Shown here in pieces: positions 31,837 through 41,579 of a stretch of 64,000 nt of DNA. The number at the start of each line of letters is the position of its first letter. Within the stretch, counting starts at the first letter, position 1. This DNA is from Candidatus Latescibacterota bacterium (GTDB lineage Bacteria > Latescibacterota > UBA2968 > GCA-2709665). The position numbers and the translations under genes are program-made. The notes below the pieces were generated by a model. The model ran no database searches. It had not been told where the DNA came from and was given only the letters and a program-made list of their open reading frames with translations. Location of the stretch: the NCBI GenBank assembly GCA_965219455.1, contig OZ244744.1, positions 2,144,001 through 2,208,000 of the forward strand, written 5' to 3'.

Positions 31837-31881
31837 TTAGCTGTATCTCGAAAAGGCTTACCCTCTCCAGGGACGGTAGAG

Positions 31882-32157
31882 ATGTTTTATTCCTCCAGAC
31901 GGATTCATCCTGTTGTCGTATTCGCTCTGGCGATATTCGCGGCCTACCTGGCGGTATTCTTACTTGCCGCCTTCCCCGGTCACGATCACGATCAACAATG
32001 TACTGTCTGCGCCTGGTTCAACAACCTGAGCATCGGTTTGCCGGCAGTACTGGTGTTTCACCTTTGCTTCCTGCATTTCCGGCAGTCGTACTCCACGTGC
32101 CGGTCCCGTCGCACTTCCTTCCTCCTTCCCGATGGACGCGCCCCTCCTTTGTCCTGA
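31882..32157 (+). CDS. DUF2946/CruR-like leader peptide (TM, HDHD, CxxC, RAPP)
   Basis: Hydrophobic N-terminus, GHDHDQQCTVC, C-terminal GRAPPLS; upstream of a TonB-dependent receptor. Confidence 0.75.
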   Translation: MFYSSRRIHPVVVFALAIFAAYLAVFLLAAFPGHDHDQQCTVCAWFNNLSIGLPAVLVFHLCFLHFRQSYSTCRSRRTSFLLPDGRAPPLS

Positions 32158-32444
32158 TCCATCCCCCAGTGTCCTGAGGACACTTCCGCAGTTTTTCGCG
32201 CATTTTCCAAATTGTATCAGATCCGCTCTACAACTGTGTTCACGTTCACAGGAATCCGGATTCCCTGGACAGTAACACGGCTCTGCCCCTGCCGCGATTC
32301 TCTCTCTGTGTCCGGCAGGAATGCGGTTCAGTAAAGCGGGAATACCAGCCAGGAAAACGGCATGCCACCAGCATGGTGAAATATCCGTATCGCGCCTTGC
32401 CAGTTGCGGGTGAAGGTGAAATCCTGGCACACGGGAGACCCCAG

Positions 32445-32942
32445 ATGCTTCGCTTGATGAAAATGATAACATCTTGTACCAACATTGCCACGGCAGCGGT
32501 CTTAACCGTGTTCCTGGCCGCTTGTGGCAAGGACGACCCCCTGACGCCACAGGAGGAACATTACGAAGCCGAAGGCCTGGTTCTCATCGACTCCGGCCAC
32601 CGGTTCTTCCGGTATTTCCAGGTTAAGGTGGACTCGGACGACGGCCGGGTGGACGTCCTCGAGGTTCCTCACGGCCAACTCACCAGCCATTGGAGCATCC
32701 GTTTCCTGGATGAAGACGGAAACGAAATGGCGCCCCCCGGCGGCGAGGGCCACACTTTCACGTGGGAAATTGCGGATAAGTCGATCGTGGAAGTGGTCCA
32801 GGACGAGGGCGACGAGGGTAAATTCGTCTTCTACCTGCGCGGTCTCGAAGCCGGCGAAACCACCATCAAGCTTCAGATCTCGCACGAAGGCCACGTGGAC
32901 TTCACCACGCTACCCATTCCGGTGCGCGTCGAGTCACAATAA
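32445..32942 (+). CDS. lipoprotein, His/acidic, possibly metal-binding
   Basis: Lipobox LAAC; EEHYEAEG, HEGHVDF; GGGAG RBS before ATG 32445. Confidence 0.8.
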   Translation: MLRLMKMITSCTNIATAAVLTVFLAACGKDDPLTPQEEHYEAEGLVLIDSGHRFFRYFQVKVDSDDGRVDVLEVPHGQLTSHWSIRFLDEDGNEMAPPGGEGHTFTWEIADKSIVEVVQDEGDEGKFVFYLRGLEAGETTIKLQISHEGHVDFTTLPIPVRVESQ

Positions 32943-33006
32943 TTTCCAGGCGGATGGCGCCCTGAGTCGCCATTCTCATGGTTCACAGAATCGGAGTTCA
33001 TTCCAA

Positions 33007-35283
33007 ATGATTCATTTACTCGAAATCCGGGGTGTATTGTCGAACGCAAACGTGAGCGATCCAATCTTCACACGTTTGCACTTAAACAGGATCGTGCTGG
33101 CGCTGTTCTGTCTGCTTTTCTTGACGGGAACCGGCTTGGCGAATCGGGCAGCACTGGTCGAAGGGTATGTCTTCGACAGCGAAACCGGGCGGCCCATGGA
33201 GAACGTGAACGTCCAACCCGCAGATCACTCCGCAGGCACGTCTACCGATGAAAAAGGCCGGTTTGCGCTCCACCTGTCCCCGGGTGTATATCGGGTGTCC
33301 TTTACCCATGTCAGCTATCGTGAAATGAACTATAAACTGACCGTCACAGGCGCAGGACACCCTGTCGTCTATATTGAAATGGTCCCGCGGGAGCTTGAGT
33401 TGAATTCCATCGATGTCGTCTCCAAACGCGCCGAAACCCGATTTGACGAACTCCAACGGGCCACAGGCGTGCTCTCAGGAGACGAACTCAGGAAAAAATA
33501 CAGCATCACGCTCGCCGAAACCATGAAGAACGAACTCGGCGTTGCCATCCGCAGCATGGGACCCGCCCCGGCCCGCCCGGTCATCCGGGGACTCAGCGGC
33601 GACCGCGTACAGATCAACGTCGACGGCATTCAGGCTCAGGATCTCTCTTCAACGTCCGCAGATCACGCGGTGACGGTCGAGACCTTCAACGCGGAACGCC
33701 TGGAAATTATCCGGGGGCCCCGCACACTGCTGCACACGTCCACGGCCGGCGGCGGCGTTATCAATGTCGTCAAGCACAAAATTCCCGAAGCCCGGCCCAG
33801 GCGCTTTTTCGGCAGTGTCGGCGCCTATGGGGAAACGGTCAACCGGGGCTATCTCTCCTCCGCCGCCGTAACCGTGCCCGTAGGGCCGCTCGCGCTCTAC
33901 GCCGAATCCACGTACCGGGATACACGGGACATACAGACCCCCATTGGCAGCCTCGCCAACACACCCATCAACACCCGTACCTATACACTCGGCCTGTCCT
34001 ACGCGGTGGATCGAGGCTATATCGGCGCTTCTTTCGATCAATTCGATACACGGTACGGCATTCCCGGAGGGTTTATCGGTGCTCATCCAAACGGCGCAGA
34101 CCTTGACATCATGCGTCGGGTCTTCGACGGCAGGGCAGTCTACCGGTTCGATAGCCGGACGATAGACAGAGTGGAGGCGGGTTTCACAAAGGCGTATTAC
34201 CATCACGTCGAGTTCGAATCCAGCGGCCGCATCGGATCCGAATTCTTGTTTCACGACTACAGCGGCGATCTCAAGCTACACCTGAACACGCAAGGGCAAG
34301 CGCAAAACACCGTGCTGACCGCCGGCTTTGAACACCGCAATCTCAAACTGGGCGCTTTTGTCTTCACTCCGCCCACGCGAAAACAAGACGTAAACTTCGG
34401 TTTGTATCACAAAACAACCTACCGCCATATTGAGCTTCAGGCCGCTGCCCGGTACACCTACGCCTCCTTCGACCCGCGCCTCAACGTAATCTCAAGCACG
34501 AGTCTGGACATAGACCGCACCTTTCATGCCTGGTCCGCGGCCTTCAGCCCTCTCGTGCCGATCACCGACCAGCTGACCGCTGGCGCCAGCCTCAACCGCT
34601 CCCAGCGCGCACCCACCATCGAGGAACTCTACAACGAGGGACCTCACCTTGCCGCATACACCTTTGAGAAGGGCAATGTCGAACTCAATGCTGAACGGAG
34701 TTTCGGCCTGGAGGCATTCTTCCACTACCTGCAACCGGGTTTCGACCTGGTCTTCACGGGATTCTGGAATGAATTCGGCAATTACATCGCGCCTCGAAAT
34801 ACGGGTGAAATAAACTTCGCTCTACTCCTCCCCATCTACGCCGCCGAAGGCATCGATGCGAGAATGCTGGGCGTGGAGACGCACCTGAAGTGGCGTCCGA
34901 ATGCGCGTCTCGAACTGGAAATGAACCTCAGCCACGTACGTGGAGAAAATCGGGACGAGCGTATGCCCATGCCCGAAATGCCGCCGCTCAAATTCGTCGG
35001 CGGCGTAACCTACCGGCACCCCTGGCTGACCGCGGGAGGGACCGTTGAATGGGCCGCGGGGCAGGAACGCGTGGACACGTTTGAGGACCCCACGGCCGGT
35101 TATTCCGTTTTCGGCGCCTACGTACAGCGCGATTTCCTCACAGACCACGCCCGCCACAGCCTTATTCTTTCCCTGGAGAATCTCTTCGACACGGAATACC
35201 GTAACCACCTGTCGCGCATCCGGTCCGTGATGCCTGAAACAGGCCGGAACCTTAAATTGCACTACAAGATGTATTTCTTTTGA
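33007..35283 (+). CDS. TonB-dependent receptor, ZnuD-like metal transporter
   Basis: N-terminal CarboxypepD-like domain, plug GPAPARPVIRGLSGDRV..SADHAV, IIRGPRTL, ENLFDTEYRNHLS, terminal Phe. Start approximate. Confidence 0.9.
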   Translation: MIHLLEIRGVLSNANVSDPIFTRLHLNRIVLALFCLLFLTGTGLANRAALVEGYVFDSETGRPMENVNVQPADHSAGTSTDEKGRFALHLSPGVYRVSFTHVSYREMNYKLTVTGAGHPVVYIEMVPRELELNSIDVVSKRAETRFDELQRATGVLSGDELRKKYSITLAETMKNELGVAIRSMGPAPARPVIRGLSGDRVQINVDGIQAQDLSSTSADHAVTVETFNAERLEIIRGPRTLLHTSTAGGGVINVVKHKIPEARPRRFFGSVGAYGETVNRGYLSSAAVTVPVGPLALYAESTYRDTRDIQTPIGSLANTPINTRTYTLGLSYAVDRGYIGASFDQFDTRYGIPGGFIGAHPNGADLDIMRRVFDGRAVYRFDSRTIDRVEAGFTKAYYHHVEFESSGRIGSEFLFHDYSGDLKLHLNTQGQAQNTVLTAGFEHRNLKLGAFVFTPPTRKQDVNFGLYHKTTYRHIELQAAARYTYASFDPRLNVISSTSLDIDRTFHAWSAAFSPLVPITDQLTAGASLNRSQRAPTIEELYNEGPHLAAYTFEKGNVELNAERSFGLEAFFHYLQPGFDLVFTGFWNEFGNYIAPRNTGEINFALLLPIYAAEGIDARMLGVETHLKWRPNARLELEMNLSHVRGENRDERMPMPEMPPLKFVGGVTYRHPWLTAGGTVEWAAGQERVDTFEDPTAGYSVFGAYVQRDFLTDHARHSLILSLENLFDTEYRNHLSRIRSVMPETGRNLKLHYKMYFF

Positions 35284-35363
35284 TATTGAAGGTTCTTAGT
35301 CAACCGGCCCTGCAACAAAACCTGGTCCAGGTGGGTACAGGCCGGCATGAAGACATGCTCATA

Positions 35364-35399
35364 GCCCCGGGTCTGTCTAACGACCCGGGGCCTATTTTT
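35364..35399 (+). terminator. intrinsic terminator
   Basis: GCCCCGGGTC-8 nt-GACCCGGGGC followed by CTATTTTT. Confidence 0.7.
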
Positions 35400-35457
35400 C
35401 ATCAGCCTTATTCTCGACCCGTAGCCTTCCTCGCGTTCAGATGAAGTACGCTTCTTC

Positions 35458-36225
35458 TTAATGGCCAGCGCCACCCTTCCGAATTTTTTCCAGCAACGCC
35501 CGCCGCATCACGGGTTCCACAATGCGGGGACACCACGTACCCAGAAAAGCCGCCGCACGATTTCCAAAACCCGGAATAACGAGACGTTTTCTTTTCTCGA
35601 TGCCTCGATGGATGGCGTCCGCCAATTCTTCCGGCGGCATTCGTCTTTCCTCTCGCGAATTGTCAGGGCTGTACCGGCGGGCATGGGCGGTGCGCGTAGG
35701 GCCCGGAAAGACCGTCATGACATGCATATCCCATTGAGCAAGCGCGACCGAGAGACTTCGTGAATAGGACGCCAGCCCGCTCTTGGTTGCCGCGTAGGTC
35801 GCTGCCCCCGGATAACTTACGTAGTGGGAGAGAGAGGAGACGAAAACCAGGGATGCACCTCTGGCAATGCGGTCGGCCCTCAGCAATCCCGCCGTAACCG
35901 CCATGGGCGCGTAGAAATTCACTTTAGTCACACGTTTCTGCGCTTCCAGGCTCACGTCGGAAAACCGTCCCACGGCATTGATGCCCGCGTTGTGGATCAA
36001 CACGTCAATAGGAACCATTGAAACCAATTGATCGTGAGCCCTTGCAATGCCCGCATCGCAGCTCAAGTCCGCAAAGACAAAACGTGCGCCTGTTTCCCGC
36101 TCAAGATTCGCCCCACCCTCCGCATCTATGTCCACGCCGGTCACGGAATACCCCGCACGTACGAATCTTCGGGTCAGCGCCTCGCCAATACCATTCGCCG
36201 CACCGGTTATGACCACGTGTTTCAC
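35458..36225 (-). CDS. short-chain dehydrogenase/reductase
   Basis: TGAANGIG, NAG, YAATK. GTG start overlaps the upstream TAG, after GGAG. Confidence 0.85.
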   Translation of the reverse strand: MKHVVITGAANGIGEALTRRFVRAGYSVTGVDIDAEGGANLERETGARFVFADLSCDAGIARAHDQLVSMVPIDVLIHNAGINAVGRFSDVSLEAQKRVTKVNFYAPMAVTAGLLRADRIARGASLVFVSSLSHYVSYPGAATYAATKSGLASYSRSLSVALAQWDMHVMTVFPGPTRTAHARRYSPDNSREERRMPPEELADAIHRGIEKRKRLVIPGFGNRAAAFLGTWCPRIVEPVMRRALLEKIRKGGAGH

Positions 36226-36965
36226 TATGCTCTCCATCGCATCAGGGCATCCACAACCCCACCGAAATAACGCCCGCAGAACCGCAACCCTTTGTTTCCC
36301 AAACCGATTGTCACCACAGACTTTCGTCCATCGATCGCACGCACAATCCGCCGGGCGACCCGATCCGCCGATGGGAACGCTCTCGAATTCTCGTTGTCCC
36401 ATCCTGCCTTCCGATGAATGCCCGTTTGCGTCGCCCCCGGGTGTATGACCTGGACGTTCACGTCGCCCTCAACGCGCAAATTGCGCCCCAGAACATCCAG
36501 CGCCTCTTTGGTCGCCGCATACACGGCAAAATCGGGACACGGAAACGCGTGAGCGATGGAGCCAATAAACACGTGTTTGCCGCTTGCGTTTTTCACAAAC
36601 GGTACCAAAGCGTGTGTCAGGCGTAACGGCGCCAGAAGATTGACGGCTACGATCTCTCGAATGCCGGCGTCGGGCTGATCGGCGACGGAACCGTAATGTC
36701 CCGTTGCCGCGTTTTGAATCGCCAGATCCAATGCATCAATTTTCCGCGATCTCAGAAATGAGCACACCTTGTCCGCGCAATCCTCCTCCGACAGATCCAC
36801 TTCACAATAGGTCTCTTCGCTGTAAAGTTCGCATTTGAGCGAATCCAGCGCCCGCCTGCCCACCAGCACCAGCCGTTCTTCACGCGCGCGATAGATTTCC
36901 GCAAGCGCCCGTCCAATTCCATCCGTTGCACCTGTGATCAATACGGTCTCTCTTTCCTTTGCCAT
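36225..36965 (-). CDS. short-chain dehydrogenase/reductase
   Basis: TGATDGIG, YAATK, HPGATQT. Confidence 0.85.
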   Translation of the reverse strand: MAKERETVLITGATDGIGRALAEIYRAREERLVLVGRRALDSLKCELYSEETYCEVDLSEEDCADKVCSFLRSRKIDALDLAIQNAATGHYGSVADQPDAGIREIVAVNLLAPLRLTHALVPFVKNASGKHVFIGSIAHAFPCPDFAVYAATKEALDVLGRNLRVEGDVNVQVIHPGATQTGIHRKAGWDNENSRAFPSADRVARRIVRAIDGRKSVVTIGLGNKGLRFCGRYFGGVVDALMRWRA

Positions 36966-37233
36966 GACATACATATCCTTCGTCGCATCTGTCCCCGACA
37001 CCCACGCCGCCCCCACTGGGGAGTTCGGGTGGATACGCACAGCACTGTATTGACCGTCCCATCCAGGGCTTGCTCTGCGACGCGTCAGATCCTATCTTTC
37101 CTCGAGCCCTGGCTCACACAATGCCGGAGGCCAAAGACAATCTTCGCGAGTTGGCCGCCAAGCCCGATACCGTTGACATCTTGTCGGTAGCGGAAGCCGG
37201 TATTTTACGGGAGGCGGCCGGAGAGACGAGACA

Positions 37234-38196
37234 ATGATTGATTCGCAGATGTTGACCGAAGGAGTGTCCGACGAGCGGGCATGGCGGACGAGTAGCGTCG
37301 ATGATTCCGCAGCGTGGTACTATCCATTGTCCGAGGATTATCTCTCCAGCTCTGAGCGCATCGTCCGTGATGCGCGAGTTCGTCAATTGCCCATTACGGA
37401 GATTTCCCGCCAGGGCGTATCGTTCAATTACTCCGGAGAATGCCTTCAACCGGTACGTGACGCCCTCGGATCGGGGCGTGGATTTGCCATCGTCAATCGC
37501 GTGCCGATCGAAGGGTATGTGATTGAAGAAGCGCTGTCGATGTACTGGATGATTGGCGAGAACCTTGGCACCCCCGTGGAGCAGAATATTGAGGGAACGC
37601 TATTGTACGATGTCCGAGATACGGGCAAGAATGTGGCGCAAGGAGCCAGGTTTTCAGTGACCAATGCGGAGAGCACGTTTCACAACGACAATGCCTTCGG
37701 CGAACCGCTGCCCTACATTGTGGGACTGCTCTGCCTGAGCACGGCGAAATCCGGCGGGCAGAGTCAGCTTGTCAGCGGCTACGCTCTCCACAATGAACTC
37801 CTCGAAAATCACGCCGATGTCCTCGAAATACTCTATCAGCTGTTCCATTTTGATCGTCGAGGACAGTTCAAGGCCGGGGACTCGCCGACGTCTCAATTCC
37901 CGATTTTTCAGTGGAGCCGGGGCGAACTGACGCTCCGATACATGTACTATTACATCCAGGTGGGTCACGAGAGGGCCGGCAAACCGCTAACCGCCGATCA
38001 GAGAAGCGCACTGGAAGTCGTGGAACAGTTGCTTGGCTGCGCGGATTTCAGGGTGGAGTTCAGTCTACAACCCGGACAGATGCTATTCACGAACAACCGC
38101 TGGATCCTGCACAATCGCACCGCATTTGAGGACCATCCCGACCCGGAACGCCGCCGGCATTATGTGCGGCTCTGGCTGCGCCGCCGCGACTGGTAA
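37234..38196 (+). CDS. TauD/TfdA family Fe(II)/2-oxoglutarate dioxygenase
   Basis: FHND (HxD), LLCL..AKSGGQS, NNRWILHNRTAF, RHYVRLW. Confidence 0.85.
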   Translation: MIDSQMLTEGVSDERAWRTSSVDDSAAWYYPLSEDYLSSSERIVRDARVRQLPITEISRQGVSFNYSGECLQPVRDALGSGRGFAIVNRVPIEGYVIEEALSMYWMIGENLGTPVEQNIEGTLLYDVRDTGKNVAQGARFSVTNAESTFHNDNAFGEPLPYIVGLLCLSTAKSGGQSQLVSGYALHNELLENHADVLEILYQLFHFDRRGQFKAGDSPTSQFPIFQWSRGELTLRYMYYYIQVGHERAGKPLTADQRSALEVVEQLLGCADFRVEFSLQPGQMLFTNNRWILHNRTAFEDHPDPERRRHYVRLWLRRRDW

Positions 38197-38232
38197 TTGA
38201 GAACTTGGGTCCCATTTGTATGTATCCGGCGC

Positions 38233-38691
38233 TTACCCGTCCACAATCTCGTAAACACCCGAATTGTTCATGTTCTCCCGCGTCTCCACCCGGTAGACCC
38301 GGCAACGCCCATCCGTCTTCTCACGTATCATCCGATTGGCATAGTCAAACACGTACTTGGAGGAGGCCTCCATCCCCACGTTGGGTATCACGCGAAGGTC
38401 CACAATCCGCCTGCGGTGCATCTCCTCAAACAGCTCCCGCTCCGGGTCGTTTTCGTTGATCAGCATCGTGTGGTCAAACATGTTCTCCAACCAGGCCTTC
38501 AGGTCATTGAGCTTTCCAAAATCCACCACAAAGTGATTCTCATCCAGTTCGTCGCACGTAAAATGGAACGTAATGTCCCGGTTGTAACCGTGGATAAACT
38601 GACAGTGCCCGTCGTGATGCGCCTGTCGGTGTGAACATGGCAGATTGTGAAATGTCTTGGTGGATGAAAACCGCCCTTTTCCGCTGGCCAT
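38233..38691 (-). CDS. queD: 6-carboxytetrahydropterin synthase (PTPS/QueD family)
   Basis: SHRQ..HDGHCQFIHGY, VVDFG, FDH, E..NNS. Confidence 0.75.
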   Translation of the reverse strand: MASGKGRFSSTKTFHNLPCSHRQAHHDGHCQFIHGYNRDITFHFTCDELDENHFVVDFGKLNDLKAWLENMFDHTMLINENDPERELFEEMHRRRIVDLRVIPNVGMEASSKYVFDYANRMIREKTDGRCRVYRVETRENMNNSGVYEIVDG

Positions 38692-38797
38692 AAACCCGTC
38701 TCTCTTCCGTGTTGATTCCTGGCGATCACCATAGAAAATACGGATCTCATCTTCTCTGTCAAGGCTTCCGCACCCGAAATCCACAAGGAGCGCGCCG

Positions 38798-39640
38798 ATG
38801 ATCATCGACACCCATACCCATTTCTACGATCCCCGACGCCCTGAAGGGGTACCCTGGCCGCCGCCGGACGACGCCCTGCTCTACCGCCGTGTGTTTCCTG
38901 AAGATTACAAAGCCGTGGCCGTTCCCGAGGGCGTGACCGGCACCGTGGTCGTGGAAGCCAGTGAATGGGTTGAAGACAATCGCTGGATCCTCGATCTGGC
39001 CGAAAATGAGCCCTTCGTCGTGGGCTTCGTTGGCAATCTCGACCCGGAATCCGACGCTTTTGAAAGACACCTTACTAAACTTTCAGCAAACCCCCTTTTC
39101 CGCGGCATCCGCCTTCACCGGAACGAGATTGCGACCGTCAGCGATTTGCTGTTTTCCAAACTCGAACTGCTCGTGCAGAAGGACCTCTCCCTCGACCTCC
39201 TCATCGACGTCGAGCAGCTTCACTCCGCAGTCCATATTGCTGCCAGGCTACCGGATCTGCGTATTGTGCTCAACCACGTAATCCACGTACCAATAGACGG
39301 CAAGACGCCGAACCCCGATTGGATCGACGGCCTGCACAATGTCGCACAGCACCCGAACATCTACTGCAAGGTCTCCGGCCTCGTCGAAACCGCCTTGGAG
39401 AGACCGGCGCCTCCCGAGTTGATCTACTACGCGCCGACCCTGGACCACCTCTGGGAAATTCTCGGCGTGGATCGCCTCATCTACGCCAGCAACTGGCCCG
39501 TGTGCGAACACGGCGCCGACTACGCCACGGTACAGCGCATCCCCATGGAATACTTCAAAGCCATTGGAGAAGATGCGGTCGAGAAGGTATTCTGGAAAAA
39601 CGCAAAAGCAGCTTACAAGTGGCCCGACCACGGGCATTAG
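38798..39640 (+). CDS. amidohydrolase 2 family (lactonase-like)
   Basis: IIDTHTHFYD, FRGIR, VLNH, CKVSGL, ASNWPV. Confidence 0.85.
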   Translation: MIIDTHTHFYDPRRPEGVPWPPPDDALLYRRVFPEDYKAVAVPEGVTGTVVVEASEWVEDNRWILDLAENEPFVVGFVGNLDPESDAFERHLTKLSANPLFRGIRLHRNEIATVSDLLFSKLELLVQKDLSLDLLIDVEQLHSAVHIAARLPDLRIVLNHVIHVPIDGKTPNPDWIDGLHNVAQHPNIYCKVSGLVETALERPAPPELIYYAPTLDHLWEILGVDRLIYASNWPVCEHGADYATVQRIPMEYFKAIGEDAVEKVFWKNAKAAYKWPDHGH

Positions 39641-39745
39641 CAATCCGTGAGACGATGGGAGCGCGCCACCAGGACGATCCCACCGGGTGCAGAAAAACCC
39701 GGGGTCCGGGGGTCATTTTTCGTCCCTCCAGATGGCGGACAAACG

Positions 39746-40102
39746 TCATTGTTGCCGGGTGAGCATGGGCCCGAGCGGCCGACCGCCGATCAGATGCATA
39801 TGCAGGTGGTAGACCTCCTGACCGCCATGGTCACGGCAATTCACGATCAACCTGTAGCCGTCCTCGGCAAGTCCTTCCTCTTTCGCAAGCTGTGCCGCTA
39901 CCGTAAACAACCGGCCGAGTGCGGTCTCATCCTCGGTCGACACATCGTTTATCGTGGGAATCACCTTATTGGGAACGATCAAAATATGAGTCGGCGCCTG
40001 GGGGCTGATATCTCGAAACGCCGTCACCAGTTCATCCTGGTACGTTATTTCCGACGGTATCTCCTTCCTGATTATCTTGCTGAAAATCGTCTCTTCCGCC
40101 AT
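39746..40102 (-). CDS. hinT: histidine triad nucleotide-binding protein
   Basis: [33 protein letters not shown]. Confidence 0.95.
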   Translation of the reverse strand: MAEETIFSKIIRKEIPSEITYQDELVTAFRDISPQAPTHILIVPNKVIPTINDVSTEDETALGRLFTVAAQLAKEEGLAEDGYRLIVNCRDHGGQEVYHLHMHLIGGRPLGPMLTRQQ

Positions 40103-40230
40103 GAATTCTCCTTTCGGTAATCACCCCTTTTTGCTATCTTCTCCTGTCAGCGTCGGCTGGCATCAAAAAAACTCCTCGTCATTCACAGATCAAGCCAATC
40201 CTGATCTTAGACGTGAAAGAACGCCGGGAC

Positions 40231-40581
40231 ATGCTTCGCCCCATCGACCGCCTTCTGGCCGGTATAACGATTATCCTTCTAAGGTTTTACCGGTTGCTGA
40301 TCTCTCCTTTTTTCCAGGTCGTTTTCGGCCCAGGCAGCGGGTGCCGGTTTCACCCCACGTGCTCCCGGTACGCCCGTGATTGCTTTCGGCAACACCCCTT
40401 TCCAGTCGCCCTCTTTCTATCGGTCTCGCGAATTCTAAAATGTCATCCCTACCATTCGGGCGGATATGATCCCGTCCCGCCGCAACGTCGTGAGTGTTTT
40501 GTCCCGGAAATAGATTGCCGGAATTCGGCCGACGAGTCGCCCGGCTCGCGTCCTTCGACAGGCTCAGGAAACGGCGCCTGA
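40231..40581 (+). CDS. yidD: membrane protein insertion efficiency factor YidD with a MITE-derived C-terminal extension
   Basis: YRLLISP, CRFHPTCSRYA, RILKCHPY..GGYDPVP. Confidence 0.9.
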   Translation: MLRPIDRLLAGITIILLRFYRLLISPFFQVVFGPGSGCRFHPTCSRYARDCFRQHPFPVALFLSVSRILKCHPYHSGGYDPVPPQRRECFVPEIDCRNSADESPGSRPSTGSGNGA

Positions 40582-40700
40582 GCGAGGCGACCTGCGGAAG
40601 GTCGGCGAGAGAAGACACTTCGACAAGCTCAGCGCAAGCAACGCAGCGAGACGGGATGAACCGGCGGACGAATGGTGACATATTTCCGGGACAGAACAAT
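40493..40700 (+). mobile_element. MITE family 1, copy B
   Basis: AGTGTTTTGTCCCGGAAATA ... TATTTCCGGGACAGAACAAT. Confidence 0.85.
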
Positions 40701-40713
40701 AGTCCAGACTCCC

Positions 40714-41499
40714 ATGTTCGAAATCGCCCAGTTCCATTGGAGTGCCGACCCCGAGATTTTTAGCGTCGGCCCCGTCGTCTTGCGCTGGTACAGCCTGTGC
40801 TTTCTCGTCACCTTCACCCTCGGCTACTTCATTATGCGCCGCATGTTCCGGTTCGAGGGGAAATCGGCAAAGGACCTGGACAGCCTGGTAAACCACATGG
40901 TGCTCGGTACCCTCATCGGCGCGCGCCTGGGACACTGTCTGTTTTACGACCCCGCATTCTACCTCACGAACCCGATCGAAATCTTCAAAATCTGGCGAGG
41001 CGGCCTTGCCAGCCACGGCGCCGCCATCGGTATCTTTACCGCCCTATATCTGTACGCCCGAAACCGGCCGGATCAATCCTATCTCTGGATTCTCGACCGC
41101 GTTGTCGTTACGGTTGCCCTTGGCGGTTGTTTCATCCGCATTGGAAACCTGTTCAATTCCGAAATCTATGGCACCCCTGCCGACCTGCCCTGGGCCATTG
41201 TTTTTTCACACGTAGATGCAATCCCAAGGCATCCGGCGCAGCTCTACGAGTCCCTCGCCTACGGACTGATTTTCCTCCTCCTGTATGCCGTCTATGCGAA
41301 ACGACGCGCCCAGACTCCCTCCGGATTGCTTCTCGGCCTGTTCCTCGTTTCCGTATTCTCATTCCGGATGGTCGTTGAATTCGTCAAAGTCCGCCAGGCC
41401 GCTTACGGCCACGGCTTCCCCCTCAGCGTGGGACAGTGGCTCAGTATTCCCCTCATCATCCTTGGCTTCATCCTGCTCGTAAAAACATCGAGAAAGTGA
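40714..41499 (+). CDS. lgt: prolipoprotein diacylglyceryl transferase
   Basis: LRWYS, GARLGHCLFY, GGLASHG, IRIGNLFNSEIYG, RHPAQLYE. Confidence 0.95.
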   Translation: MFEIAQFHWSADPEIFSVGPVVLRWYSLCFLVTFTLGYFIMRRMFRFEGKSAKDLDSLVNHMVLGTLIGARLGHCLFYDPAFYLTNPIEIFKIWRGGLASHGAAIGIFTALYLYARNRPDQSYLWILDRVVVTVALGGCFIRIGNLFNSEIYGTPADLPWAIVFSHVDAIPRHPAQLYESLAYGLIFLLLYAVYAKRRAQTPSGLLLGLFLVSVFSFRMVVEFVKVRQAAYGHGFPLSVGQWLSIPLIILGFILLVKTSRK

Positions 41500-41579
41500 G
41501 GGCTCCACAGCCCCGCGGTCAGTCAGAGCGGAACGACAGATACAGCTGTCCCCGAAATATCACAGAAAGGCGGGATCCC

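Noticed and set aside
32320-32445. Cobalamin riboswitch upstream of the lipoprotein and TonB receptor
   Set aside because: Only scattered similarities (GGGAA, GGTGAAAT, GGAGACC); the CCCGCAACTGT and GCCACTG cores are missing.
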